IMG/VR virus record: IMGVR_UViG_3300043416_000076
Coordinates: 915 to 64,914 of that record
Source of the DNA: a virus
Taxonomy: Duplodnaviria; Caudoviricetes
DNA: 64,000 bases
Direction: 5' to 3' (one strand)
A program made the translations under genes and the position numbers. Below, piece by piece: positions 56,065-64,000 of the stretch (position 1 is the first letter of the stretch; every line of letters starts with the position of its first letter). The notes below the pieces were generated by a model that was given only the letters and a program-made list of their open reading frames with translations, was not told the DNA's origin and searched no databases.

Positions 56065-56330
56065 TGGCTAAATTCAGCGACAAACGAATGGGCAAAGAAG
56101 TGGGTAATGCCGCTGTCTATGCTGCACCACACACCATGACTGGCAAAGCTGTTGGCATTGAACCCAACCCCGGCAAAATGCCTAACCGCAGCAAACTTGA
56201 TACGCTTGATGTGAGTATTGGCGGCATCAGCAAATCTGCTGGCGACGAAAAGATTAAAACTGATGGCATCAAAATGCGCGGTACTGGCGCAGCCACCAAA
56301 GGCTTGATGTCTAGAGGCCCAATGGCATGA
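56064..56330 (+). CDS. Small basic protein
   Basis: Ends GIKMRGTGAATKG....GPMA. Confidence 0.65.
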   Translation: MAKFSDKRMGKEVGNAAVYAAPHTMTGKAVGIEPNPGKMPNRSKLDTLDVSIGGISKSAGDEKIKTDGIKMRGTGAATKGLMSRGPMA

Positions 56331-56995
56331 ACTACACCCAGCTTGTAATTGCAATTCAGGATTACACGGAGAATAGTTTTAACTATTCGACTGATCCTAC
56401 GCCTATCAATACCTTTATTGATCAGGCGGAGCAACGCATTTACAACTCGGTTCAGTTTCCTTCCATCCGCAAGAATGTTACGGGTACAACCACAAGCGGC
56501 AATAAGTACTTGTCTTGCCCAGATGATTTCTTGGCGGTGTTTTCAATGGCTGTGGAAACCACGGACGGGCAAGAGTTTCTCTTAAACAAGGATGTAAACT
56601 TCATTCGTCAGGCGTACCCCAAGGCAACTGACACAGCAACGCCGAAGTACTATGCTTTGTTTGGCCCGACGGTAGCGGCAAGTGTTGTCTCCAATGAACT
56701 GTCGTTCATTCTTGGCCCAACACCTGATAGTGGCTACACAGTCGAACTTCACTATTACTATTACCCTGAGTCAATTGTCACTGCATCTACAACATGGTTG
56801 GGCGACAACTTTGACTCTGTACTGTTATATGGCTCACTGGTTGAGGCGTATACCTACATGAAGGGCGAAGCTGACATAATGACGTTTTACAACACCAAGT
56901 ACCAAGAGGCACTTGCACTGGCTAAACGCTTGGGTGATGGTATGGAGCGTCAGGACGCTTACAGGTCTGGGCAGTATAGACAGGCGGTGACGTAA
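56327..56995 (+). CDS. Tail tubular / adaptor protein
   Basis: FIDQAEQRIY, P.YYA, GPTPD..Y.VELHY, LLYGSLVEAY. Confidence 0.65.
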   Translation: MNYTQLVIAIQDYTENSFNYSTDPTPINTFIDQAEQRIYNSVQFPSIRKNVTGTTTSGNKYLSCPDDFLAVFSMAVETTDGQEFLLNKDVNFIRQAYPKATDTATPKYYALFGPTVAASVVSNELSFILGPTPDSGYTVELHYYYYPESIVTASTTWLGDNFDSVLLYGSLVEAYTYMKGEADIMTFYNTKYQEALALAKRLGDGMERQDAYRSGQYRQAVT

Positions 56996-57420
56996 TGGCT
57001 TTCCAAGGAAACTTTGCGTGCAATACGTTCAAAACAGGGCTGATGGACGGGACGTTCAACTTTACGTCCGGCACGTTCTACATGGCTCTGTACACTAATG
57101 CAGCCACGCTTAATGCCTCTACCACGGCTTATACAGCTACGGGCGAAGTTGTGGATACAGGGTACACGGCTGGTGGTCTTGCTCTTACGATTGCACAGAC
57201 TCCAACGGTAGGCAACTCAGGCAATACGGCGTACATCTCCTTTGACAATGCAGTCTGGAGTGGCGCTATTACGGCTCGGGGGGCATTAATTTACCAGAGT
57301 GGGGGTGGCAACCCAGCGGTTTGCGTGCTAGACTTTGGCGCAGACAAGACTTCAACCACAACATTCACGGTACAGTTCCCCGCTGTATCAAACACATCAG
57401 CAATCATAAGGATAGCGTAA
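56995..57420 (+). CDS. Tail structural protein
   Basis: FYMALYT...TTAY...GEV...GY.AGG; paralogue of 57628..58119. Confidence 0.7.
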   Translation: MAFQGNFACNTFKTGLMDGTFNFTSGTFYMALYTNAATLNASTTAYTATGEVVDTGYTAGGLALTIAQTPTVGNSGNTAYISFDNAVWSGAITARGALIYQSGGGNPAVCVLDFGADKTSTTTFTVQFPAVSNTSAIIRIA

Positions 57421-57617
57421 TGGCACTTGTAACCACAACCAAAGGCGACATGGACGATTCTTTGCTTGAAAAGCGAGAGGGAACCGTGGATAATGATAAC
57501 GAGGCAACCACATGGGTGGAGTACTGGTTAGAGGGTGAACTTGTTCACCGTTCTGCACATGTGACTTTGAAGAAACCGCCCACTTTTGCCGGTGGCGAAA
57601 CCGCTTCTTTAACATAA
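57420..57617 (+). CDS. Small tail-associated protein
   Basis: ATG 57420 overlaps the upstream stop; WVEY...GELVHRS.HV. Confidence 0.6.
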   Translation: MALVTTTKGDMDDSLLEKREGTVDNDNEATTWVEYWLEGELVHRSAHVTLKKPPTFAGGETASLT

Positions 57618-57627
57618 AGGAAATATC

Positions 57628-58119
57628 ATGGCTAATACTCAATCAATGTGTACTTCTTTTATGAGCGAGCTTATGCTTGGTCAACATCAGCTTGGCACTT
57701 CAACTATTGTGTCTCGCGGCAGCTTGACCGCACCTACTACAGATACGCTCAAAGCGGCTTTGTACTTGGTATCAGCCACTTACAACGCATCAACCACGGC
57801 ATATTCTGCTACTGGTGAAGTGTCTGGTACAGGCTATACCGCTGGCGGAGTGACGGTAACAAATGCCACAACCCCAACCTCGACCAACAGTTCTGCAACT
57901 GCTGGCGTGGCGTATTGGACTCCTTCAGCTTCATTTGTTTATACAACGGTGACGTTGACTACCGCGTTTGATACGGTTCTTTTGTATAACTCCACTCAGA
58001 GCAACAAGGCTATCAGTGTCCACACGTTTGGCTCACAGACCATTACGGCAGGCACGTTCACTCTGACCATGCCGTCAAACACCACAACCACAGCACTTAT
58101 TCGCTTAGCAACAACTTAA
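57628..58119 (+). CDS. Tail structural protein (paralogue of 56995..57420)
   Basis: LKAALY...STTAY...GEV.GTGY.AGG. Confidence 0.7.
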   Translation: MANTQSMCTSFMSELMLGQHQLGTSTIVSRGSLTAPTTDTLKAALYLVSATYNASTTAYSATGEVSGTGYTAGGVTVTNATTPTSTNSSATAGVAYWTPSASFVYTTVTLTTAFDTVLLYNSTQSNKAISVHTFGSQTITAGTFTLTMPSNTTTTALIRLATT

Positions 58120-58145
58120 TGCGGAGGCGGCGTAGGCCGTAGACC

Positions 58146-60200
58146 ATGTTTGGTATCTCCGCATTTTCTCAGGCACCATTTTCTGCTCTTGGTGAAAGTG
58201 CGGCTGTTAGCGCTGCTCTAACAGGCGTATCGGCGACTGGGAATGTTGGTTCTGTAACAGCAACTACTACGGTTGCTCTGTCTGGTGTATCGGCCTCGGG
58301 TGCTGTTGGAACAGTTACAGAGACAAACACAGTCGCGCTTACCGGTGTTGCGGCTTCTGGTGCTGTTGGAACAGTTACAGAGACAAACACAGTCGCGCTT
58401 ACCGGTGTTTCAGCTTCAGGTTCGGTTGGCACAGTAACACCTTCCCGCTCTGTTGCTCTGTCTGGTGTATCGGCCTCGGGTGCTGTTGGCACAGTAACAC
58501 CTTCCCGCTCTGTTGCTCTGTCTGGTGTATCGGCCTCGGGTGCTGTTGGGGACGTTACAGAGACAAACAGCCCTGCCGAAAACGGCAACCAAGCCACAGG
58601 TAGCGTTGGCACAGTAACGCCCTCCCAATCTGTTGCTTTAACGGGGGTATCGGCCTCGGGTGCTGTTGGGGACGTCACAGAGACAAACAGCCCAACAGAA
58701 AATGGCAATGCTGCAACAGGTAACGTAGGCACGGTATTAAATAGTGCTGCTGTTACTCTAACTGGGGTTTCAGCTACAGGTAACGTAGGTACATTAGGCT
58801 TCAGTAAATCTTTTGCTTTAACGGGCGTTGCGGCTTCTGGGGCTGTTGGAAATGTTACAGCAACCAACACAGTTGCGCTTACCGGTGTTGCGGCTTCTGG
58901 TGCTGTTGGAAATGTTACAGCAACCAGCACAATTACCCTGTCTGGGGTCTCCGCTTCTGGCGCTGTTGGGTCTGTAACAGAGACAAACACAGTCGCGCTT
59001 ACCGGTGTTTCAGCCATAGGTTCGGTTGGCACGGTAACAACTTCCCGTTCCGTCGCTTTGACTGGAGTTCTAGCTACCGGTAGTGTTGGGTCTGTAACAC
59101 CTTCCTACTCCGCCGCGCTGACAGGTGTTCAGGCTTCTGGGGCGGTTGGCACAGTAACCCCATCTCTCACCGTTGCCCTGACTGGTGTTCAAGCATCAGG
59201 TGCTGTTGGTACATTAGGCTTCAGTAAATCTTTTGCTATTACAGGGGTTCTAGCTACAGGCAGTGTCGGGTCTGTAGCGGAAACTACTTCGGTTGCCTTG
59301 ACCGGTGTTGCGGCTTCTGGAGCCGTTGGCGCAGTTACAGAAACTAATACAGTTGCCCTGACTGGGGTTGCGGCTTCTGGTGTTGTAGGTACTGTAATCC
59401 AAAGCAAATCAGTTGCCCTGACGGGCGTGGCGGCTTCGGGCTTTGTTGGGACGATGATCTACAACGAGTCGGATGCAACAACTGGCGATGTAGCCACAGG
59501 TTCGGTTGGCACAGTAACACCTTCCCGCTCTGTTGCTCTAACAGGGGTCTCAGCGTCTGGGGCTGTTGGCACGGTAAGTAATGGAGCCAGCACAGTTGCC
59601 TTGACTGGTGTTTCTGCGACAGGGGCTGTTGGAACAGTTACAGAGACAAATACTGTTGCTATTTCTGGTGTATCAGCTACTGGTTCTGTTGGTACTGTAG
59701 TTCAAAGCAAAACATTTGCGTTAGCAGGTGTTCAGGCTACCGGTAGCGTTGGGACAGTGGTCTACACTCAGTCAGATGTGACATCCGGCGATGTGGCTGT
59801 AGGATCAGTTGGCACGGTAACACCAGCAATTTTGGTTGCTTTAACGGGCAATGAAGCAAGCGGCTCGGTTGGTACAGTAGTATTTGAGCAAATAGCTGAG
59901 TTAACTGGGGCTGAGGCTGTTGGAAGCGTTGACTCAGTTGGCCCAAATATTACGGTTGCCCTGTCTGGGGTTCAGGCGGCAGGCTCAGTTGGAACTGTAA
60001 TTGCTATTTATTGGAAGCTGATTGATGACAGTCAGACAGCAAACTGGCAAAATATCACGGATTCACAAACACCGGGCTGGGCGGCTATAAACAGTAGTCA
60101 AACAACAAGTTGGCAGAATGTGGGAACATCCCAAACTCCCGGCTGGACAGACATTCAAAATGCAGAGAATGCTGACTGGGAAGTGATTGAAACGGTTTAA
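58146..60200 (+). CDS. Repetitive fibre protein, about 30 x 20-aa G/S/T/V/A repeats
   Basis: Consensus LTGV(A/S)A(S/T)G(A/S)VGTVTxxxxVA; C-terminal 11-aa Trp repeats. Confidence 0.8.
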   Translation: MFGISAFSQAPFSALGESAAVSAALTGVSATGNVGSVTATTTVALSGVSASGAVGTVTETNTVALTGVAASGAVGTVTETNTVALTGVSASGSVGTVTPSRSVALSGVSASGAVGTVTPSRSVALSGVSASGAVGDVTETNSPAENGNQATGSVGTVTPSQSVALTGVSASGAVGDVTETNSPTENGNAATGNVGTVLNSAAVTLTGVSATGNVGTLGFSKSFALTGVAASGAVGNVTATNTVALTGVAASGAVGNVTATSTITLSGVSASGAVGSVTETNTVALTGVSAIGSVGTVTTSRSVALTGVLATGSVGSVTPSYSAALTGVQASGAVGTVTPSLTVALTGVQASGAVGTLGFSKSFAITGVLATGSVGSVAETTSVALTGVAASGAVGAVTETNTVALTGVAASGVVGTVIQSKSVALTGVAASGFVGTMIYNESDATTGDVATGSVGTVTPSRSVALTGVSASGAVGTVSNGASTVALTGVSATGAVGTVTETNTVAISGVSATGSVGTVVQSKTFALAGVQATGSVGTVVYTQSDVTSGDVAVGSVGTVTPAILVALTGNEASGSVGTVVFEQIAELTGAEAVGSVDSVGPNITVALSGVQAAGSVGTVIAIYWKLIDDSQTANWQNITDSQTPGWAAINSSQTTSWQNVGTSQTPGWTDIQNAENADWEVIETV

Positions 60201-60208
60201 GGGAAAAA

Positions 60209-60667
60209 ATGGCACTGGTACTTGCAGATCGGGTAAAAGAAACTACCACTACGACTGGTACTGGAACAGTGACGCTGCTTGGGGCATCAACTGGCTACCA
60301 ATCATTTTCTGTTGTTGGAAACGCCAACACCACCTACTACACCATTGCTGGACAGACTGGATCAGAGTGGGAAGTTGGCATTGGCACATACACCTTGGTG
60401 GGTACGCTTTTGGCTCGGACAACTGTTTTAGCCTCTAGCAACGCTGGATCGGCTGTAAATTTCAGCGCAGGAACAAAAGATGTGTTTGTCACCTACCCAG
60501 CCGGTAGATCGGTATCTGGCGGCGAAGGTTACACAGAGAACGATGCCACGATTGACGTAAGTTCGACCATCAACACGGGCAGGAATGCTATCAGCGCAGG
60601 CCCAGTCACGTTAGCTTCAGGTATCACGGTGACGGTTCCGTCTGGCTCCGTCTGGACTGTTGTCTGA
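60209..60667 (+). CDS. Tail fibre anchor protein
   Basis: MALVLADRVKETTTTTGTG; WEVGIGT; FSAGTKDVF.TYPA. Confidence 0.7.
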   Translation: MALVLADRVKETTTTTGTGTVTLLGASTGYQSFSVVGNANTTYYTIAGQTGSEWEVGIGTYTLVGTLLARTTVLASSNAGSAVNFSAGTKDVFVTYPAGRSVSGGEGYTENDATIDVSSTINTGRNAISAGPVTLASGITVTVPSGSVWTVV

Positions 60668-60699
60668 TAAACCAATAGAATGCAAAAAGGAGTTTAAAC

Positions 60700-61308
60700 G
60701 TGGCATCCTCATACACAACACTGCTAGGGCTTGTACTGCCTGTAACCGGGGAACTCACGAATACGTGGGGTTCAGCGGTGAACTCATCCCTGACGCAACT
60801 GATTGAAGATTCTATTGCTGGCTCTGTGAGCCAGTCAGTCACATCAGCAGATTGGACTCTGACAACCACCGCAGGCGGCGTTGCTAACCAAGCTCGTTTG
60901 GCTATCCTTATTGCTACTGGTGCGCCCGGAACAACAAGATATATCTATGCCCCGCAGTTGAGCAAGATGTACGTTGTGGTCAACAACTGTACGGATCAAA
61001 GCTCTGTTTACATCCGTGGCGGCACATCGGCCTCGTTTACTACCGGTGTTGAGATTGAAGCAGGGAGTTCTGCGCTTGTTGCATGGGATTCAACAATAAG
61101 CCCTAGCGGGGATTTCATTAAGGTAGCAGGCGGAGGTGGCGGCGCGTCTGGTACAGGTGGTGACCAGATATTTTTTGAGAATGATCTGACAGTCACTGGA
61201 AGCTATACCATTCCCACAGGCAAGAATGCCGGTACGTTCGGGCCAGTTTCGATAAATTCCGGTGTAACCGTGACTGTTCCGTCCGGTTCTGTGTGGTCGG
61301 TTGTTTAA
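60700..61308 (+). CDS. Tail fibre / structural protein
   Basis: ELTNTWG..VN; shares the C-terminal VTVPSGSVWxVV with the upstream gene. Confidence 0.7.
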   Translation: MASSYTTLLGLVLPVTGELTNTWGSAVNSSLTQLIEDSIAGSVSQSVTSADWTLTTTAGGVANQARLAILIATGAPGTTRYIYAPQLSKMYVVVNNCTDQSSVYIRGGTSASFTTGVEIEAGSSALVAWDSTISPSGDFIKVAGGGGGASGTGGDQIFFENDLTVTGSYTIPTGKNAGTFGPVSINSGVTVTVPSGSVWSVV

Positions 61309-61318
61309 AGGATAAAAC

Positions 61319-62194
61319 ATGAGTTCAGTAGCCATTTCAGGAAACGCAAGCGGGGCAGGTGTATTTACCATTGCCGCCCCAAACTCAGCAAGCAGTCGCA
61401 CATTAACGCTTCCAGATGCAACAGGGACTTTAAGTCTTGGGTCACAAATACAATCAATTTCCGCTTCTGTTGCAGCAAATGCAATGACAATTTCAGCTTC
61501 TGGATTAACATTAGATTTTCGTAATACTACATTAGGTAGCGGTACTGTTACGACTGTGTCTGGAACTCCTGCAAACTTGGTCATTTCCAGCGGATCAACG
61601 CTAGGCACAGTAAGTGCTGTTGCTTCACGGATTGTGGTCATTGCCCTTAACAATGCTGGAACAATCGAATTAGCTGCGGTGAACATCAGTGGTGGAACTC
61701 AACTTGATGAGACAAACCTTATTAGCACAACGGCTGAAGGCGGGGCTGGCGCAGCAGATAGTGCATCAGTAGTTTATTCAACAACAGCCAGAACATCTGT
61801 TGCATACCGTGTAATTGGTTATATTGACTCTACCCAAGCCACAGCAGGAACTTGGGCTACTGCACCCAGCACTATTCAGGGTGTGGGTGGTCAGGCTCTG
61901 GCTGCTATGAGTAGCTTGGGGTATGGGCAGACTTGGCAAGCACCATCTAGGGCAATTGGAACTACTTACTACAACACCACAGGAAAACCAATAATGGTAA
62001 CGGCGGTATATGCAAATACCTCAACAAATCAAACAGTTGGGTTTACTGTTGCCGGGGTTAATATTAGTTTTGACCAAAACTCAACTGCAAACACAGGTGC
62101 TGGCGGAACTTTAATTATTCCGCCGGGGGCTTCTTATGTAACGTACACAAGTGCTGGGACTCTAACACTTACAGCATGGTCTGAACTTCGTTAA
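61319..62194 (+). CDS. Tail fibre protein
   Basis: T/S/G-rich; C-terminal TYYNTTGKPIMV...IPPGASY tip module. Confidence 0.7.
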   Translation: MSSVAISGNASGAGVFTIAAPNSASSRTLTLPDATGTLSLGSQIQSISASVAANAMTISASGLTLDFRNTTLGSGTVTTVSGTPANLVISSGSTLGTVSAVASRIVVIALNNAGTIELAAVNISGGTQLDETNLISTTAEGGAGAADSASVVYSTTARTSVAYRVIGYIDSTQATAGTWATAPSTIQGVGGQALAAMSSLGYGQTWQAPSRAIGTTYYNTTGKPIMVTAVYANTSTNQTVGFTVAGVNISFDQNSTANTGAGGTLIIPPGASYVTYTSAGTLTLTAWSELR

Positions 62195-62203
62195 GGATAA
62201 AAA

Positions 62204-62473
62204 ATGCCACATTACAAAGATGCTCAAAACAAATTGCATTTTCTTGATGACAATTCATTTGTTCATCTACTCCCTACTGGATCAGTTCAAATCACTGATA
62301 CAGAAGCAGAAACATTGCGCCCTGTGTATACACCAACATATGCACAAAAACGTGCGGCTGAATATCCCCCAATGACTGACTACCTTGATGGCGTAGTTAA
62401 AAGCGACCAAGCGCAGATTGATAAATACATAGCCGACTGCTTGGCAGTCAAAGCTAAATATCCAAAGGTGTAA
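62204..62473 (+). CDS. Tail fibre assembly chaperone-like protein
   Basis: YAQKR..EYPP..DYLD...VKAKYPK. Confidence 0.65.
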   Translation: MPHYKDAQNKLHFLDDNSFVHLLPTGSVQITDTEAETLRPVYTPTYAQKRAAEYPPMTDYLDGVVKSDQAQIDKYIADCLAVKAKYPKV

Positions 62474-62476
62474 ACC

Positions 62477-63295
62477 ATGACAGCAAAACTTGACGGAACA
62501 AACGGGCTGCTCCAGCAGTACGACTACCAAGTCTTAACGACTGCGTTCTCCTACACATTTGCAGCAGGAACAACTGTTCTGGTAATAAACCCTGCCGGTA
62601 CGTTGGCAACAGGCACGATCACAATGCCTGCGGCCCCTGCTGACGGGATGACGATTACAGTGGAGTCCACGCAACAAGTGACTGCGCTCACCATGTCCGG
62701 TAATGGCGGTACGGTTGTTGGCCCTGCTATACAACTGATCCCCAACCAACCTCTTTCATGGGTCTATCGCCTAACAAACACCTCTTGGTATCCGCTGTTT
62801 GGTGGTGCTGGTCGGGCATCTGCTTTGGTCAGTGGCACTGCGGTTGCGTCTACCAGTGGTACGAGTATTGACTTTACAGGTTTGCCGAGTTGGGTAAAGC
62901 GTTTGACGGTCATGTTTACTGGTGTGAGTGTGAGTGGCACAAGTCAAATTCAAGTTCAATTGGGGACTTCTGGTGGTGTTGTTGCAACAGGCTATTTAGG
63001 CTCTGTTGATTCTTCAGCAACTACGGTAGGCGCAAGCACTTTTACTACAGGGTTGGCATTAGAAAGAGCGGGTGGTGCTACTGCGGCTGGTTTACGAAAT
63101 GGTTTAGTAACTTTTGCAAATTTAACGTCAAATACTTGGGCTGGTTCTGCGCTTATTGGCTATAGCAGTTCTGGGTTAATATCTTACAGCGCAACATCTA
63201 TTCCTCTCGGCGGCACACTAGACCGAGTTCGCATAACCACCGTCAACGGCACAGACACCTTTGACGCTGGTTCAATCAACATTCTTTACGAGTAA
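62477..63295 (+). CDS. Tail fibre / receptor-binding-associated protein
   Basis: SGT..ASTSGTSIDFT.LPSWVKR; LDRVRITT.NGTDTFDAGSINILYE. Confidence 0.7.
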   Translation: MTAKLDGTNGLLQQYDYQVLTTAFSYTFAAGTTVLVINPAGTLATGTITMPAAPADGMTITVESTQQVTALTMSGNGGTVVGPAIQLIPNQPLSWVYRLTNTSWYPLFGGAGRASALVSGTAVASTSGTSIDFTGLPSWVKRLTVMFTGVSVSGTSQIQVQLGTSGGVVATGYLGSVDSSATTVGASTFTTGLALERAGGATAAGLRNGLVTFANLTSNTWAGSALIGYSSSGLISYSATSIPLGGTLDRVRITTVNGTDTFDAGSINILYE

Positions 63296-63301
63296 ACAAT
63301 C

Positions 63302-63517
63302 ATGACACACAGAACAGTAGTTAATTGCGAAACAGGCGTAGTCACTCAAGTGGAGTACACCGCTGAAGAACAAGCCGTACATGATGCGGCAGTAGCTGCA
63401 CAAGCACTTGCAGAAGCCCAAGCACTTGCAGAAGCCCAAGCACTTGCAGAGGCACAAGCCGCAGCAGAAGCATTGGCTGCTCAACAAGCAGTACAGCCCC
63501 CAGCACAAGGAGCGTAA
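63302..63517 (+). CDS. Small tail accessory protein with AQALAE repeats
   Basis: VVNCETG.V...T.EE motif; 18-bp tandem repeat. Confidence 0.65.
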   Translation: MTHRTVVNCETGVVTQVEYTAEEQAVHDAAVAAQALAEAQALAEAQALAEAQAAAEALAAQQAVQPPAQGA

Positions 63518-63519
63518 AC

Positions 63520-64000
63520 ATGGCAACCACAATTAGCGGAACAGCCGGTGTAACGTTTCCCGCAGGTGGCGTAGGCAATCCAGCAAGCGCTGTCGTTGGG
63601 CTAACCGACACTCAGACGTTGACGAATAAAACGCTTGGCTCTGGCCTTGTTGCCGGGGCGAGTCTTATTACCTCTGGCACTGCGGTTGCAACAACTAGCG
63701 GTACAAGTTTTGATTTTACTTCTATTCCATCATGGGTGAAGCGCATTACTGTCCAATTTGTTGGTGTAAGTACAAACGGCGCTGGCAATATTAGAACGCA
63801 AATAGGTTCTGGATCGTTTACGATTTCGGGATATTTGGGGTCAAACGGATTTTTTACTACTACGCCTGTTACTGAGGCGGCTACAACAGGATTTACAATT
63901 CAAAACGTAGCGGGTGCAGGGCAAATTTTGCACGCTACAACAACAATAACTTTGGTTGATGCGTCTACATATACATGGGTTGCAACATCTGTAGGGGCAG
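63520..64000 (+). CDS. Tail fibre-associated protein, 3'-truncated (paralogue of 62477..63295)
   Basis: ATG 63520 with RBS AAGGAG; open to the window end; SGTAVATTSGTSFDFTSIPSWVKR. Confidence 0.7.
   Translation, partial: MATTISGTAGVTFPAGGVGNPASAVVGLTDTQTLTNKTLGSGLVAGASLITSGTAVATTSGTSFDFTSIPSWVKRITVQFVGVSTNGAGNIRTQIGSGSFTISGYLGSNGFFTTTPVTEAATTGFTIQNVAGAGQILHATTTITLVDASTYTWVATSVGA

Noticed and set aside
58169-59032. 287-aa - strand ORF with PTAPEA repeats
   Set aside because: Reverse-frame shadow of the 20-aa repeat fibre gene.
62477-64000. Diversity-generating retroelement TR/VR pair
   Set aside because: Paralogues differ at synonymous positions of all bases, not specifically adenines; no reverse transcriptase.

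Overview
This window is most of a circularly permuted tailed dsDNA phage genome with a podovirus-like, P22-type architecture: P22-like portal, gp4/gp10-like neck and tail proteins, and large ejection proteins. Late genes run on the + strand from 41425 to the right edge (terS, terL, portal, GroES-like protein, scaffold, capsid, small basic proteins, neck, tail fibres). They appear to continue at the left edge (holin, M15 endolysin, tail hub, ejection proteins, a 2294-aa polyvalent protein) to 15312. On the - strand are an early region (40931 to 29983: AAA ATPase, VWA-metallopeptidase, DUF3150-like protein, many small ORFs) and a replication region (29822 to 15343: VRR-NUC nuclease, family A polymerase, PD-(D/E)XK nuclease, an array of small ORFs, SNF2 helicase, SSB-like protein, primase-helicase). 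A mostly non-coding divergence zone at 38920-41420 carries a perfect 33-bp inverted repeat, an AT-rich tract and direct repeats. I found no RNA polymerase, integrase, tRNA, CRISPR array or reverse transcriptase; transcription appears to use sigma70-type promoters. A proteobacterial (possibly betaproteobacterial, aquatic) host is inference only. The most unusual signals are: (1) small basic late proteins with unrelated N-termini and a conserved C-terminal tag, ASSRADGCATKGKTKG; (2) seven dispersed copies of a 29-30 bp imperfect palindrome confined to the early region; (3) two compact, potentially pseudoknotted leader RNAs; (4) a stand-alone IleRS-type zinc finger; (5) a giant ejection protein that starts and ends with NPFAKFAQ. 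All family assignments come from motif recognition by eye; no database searches were run.
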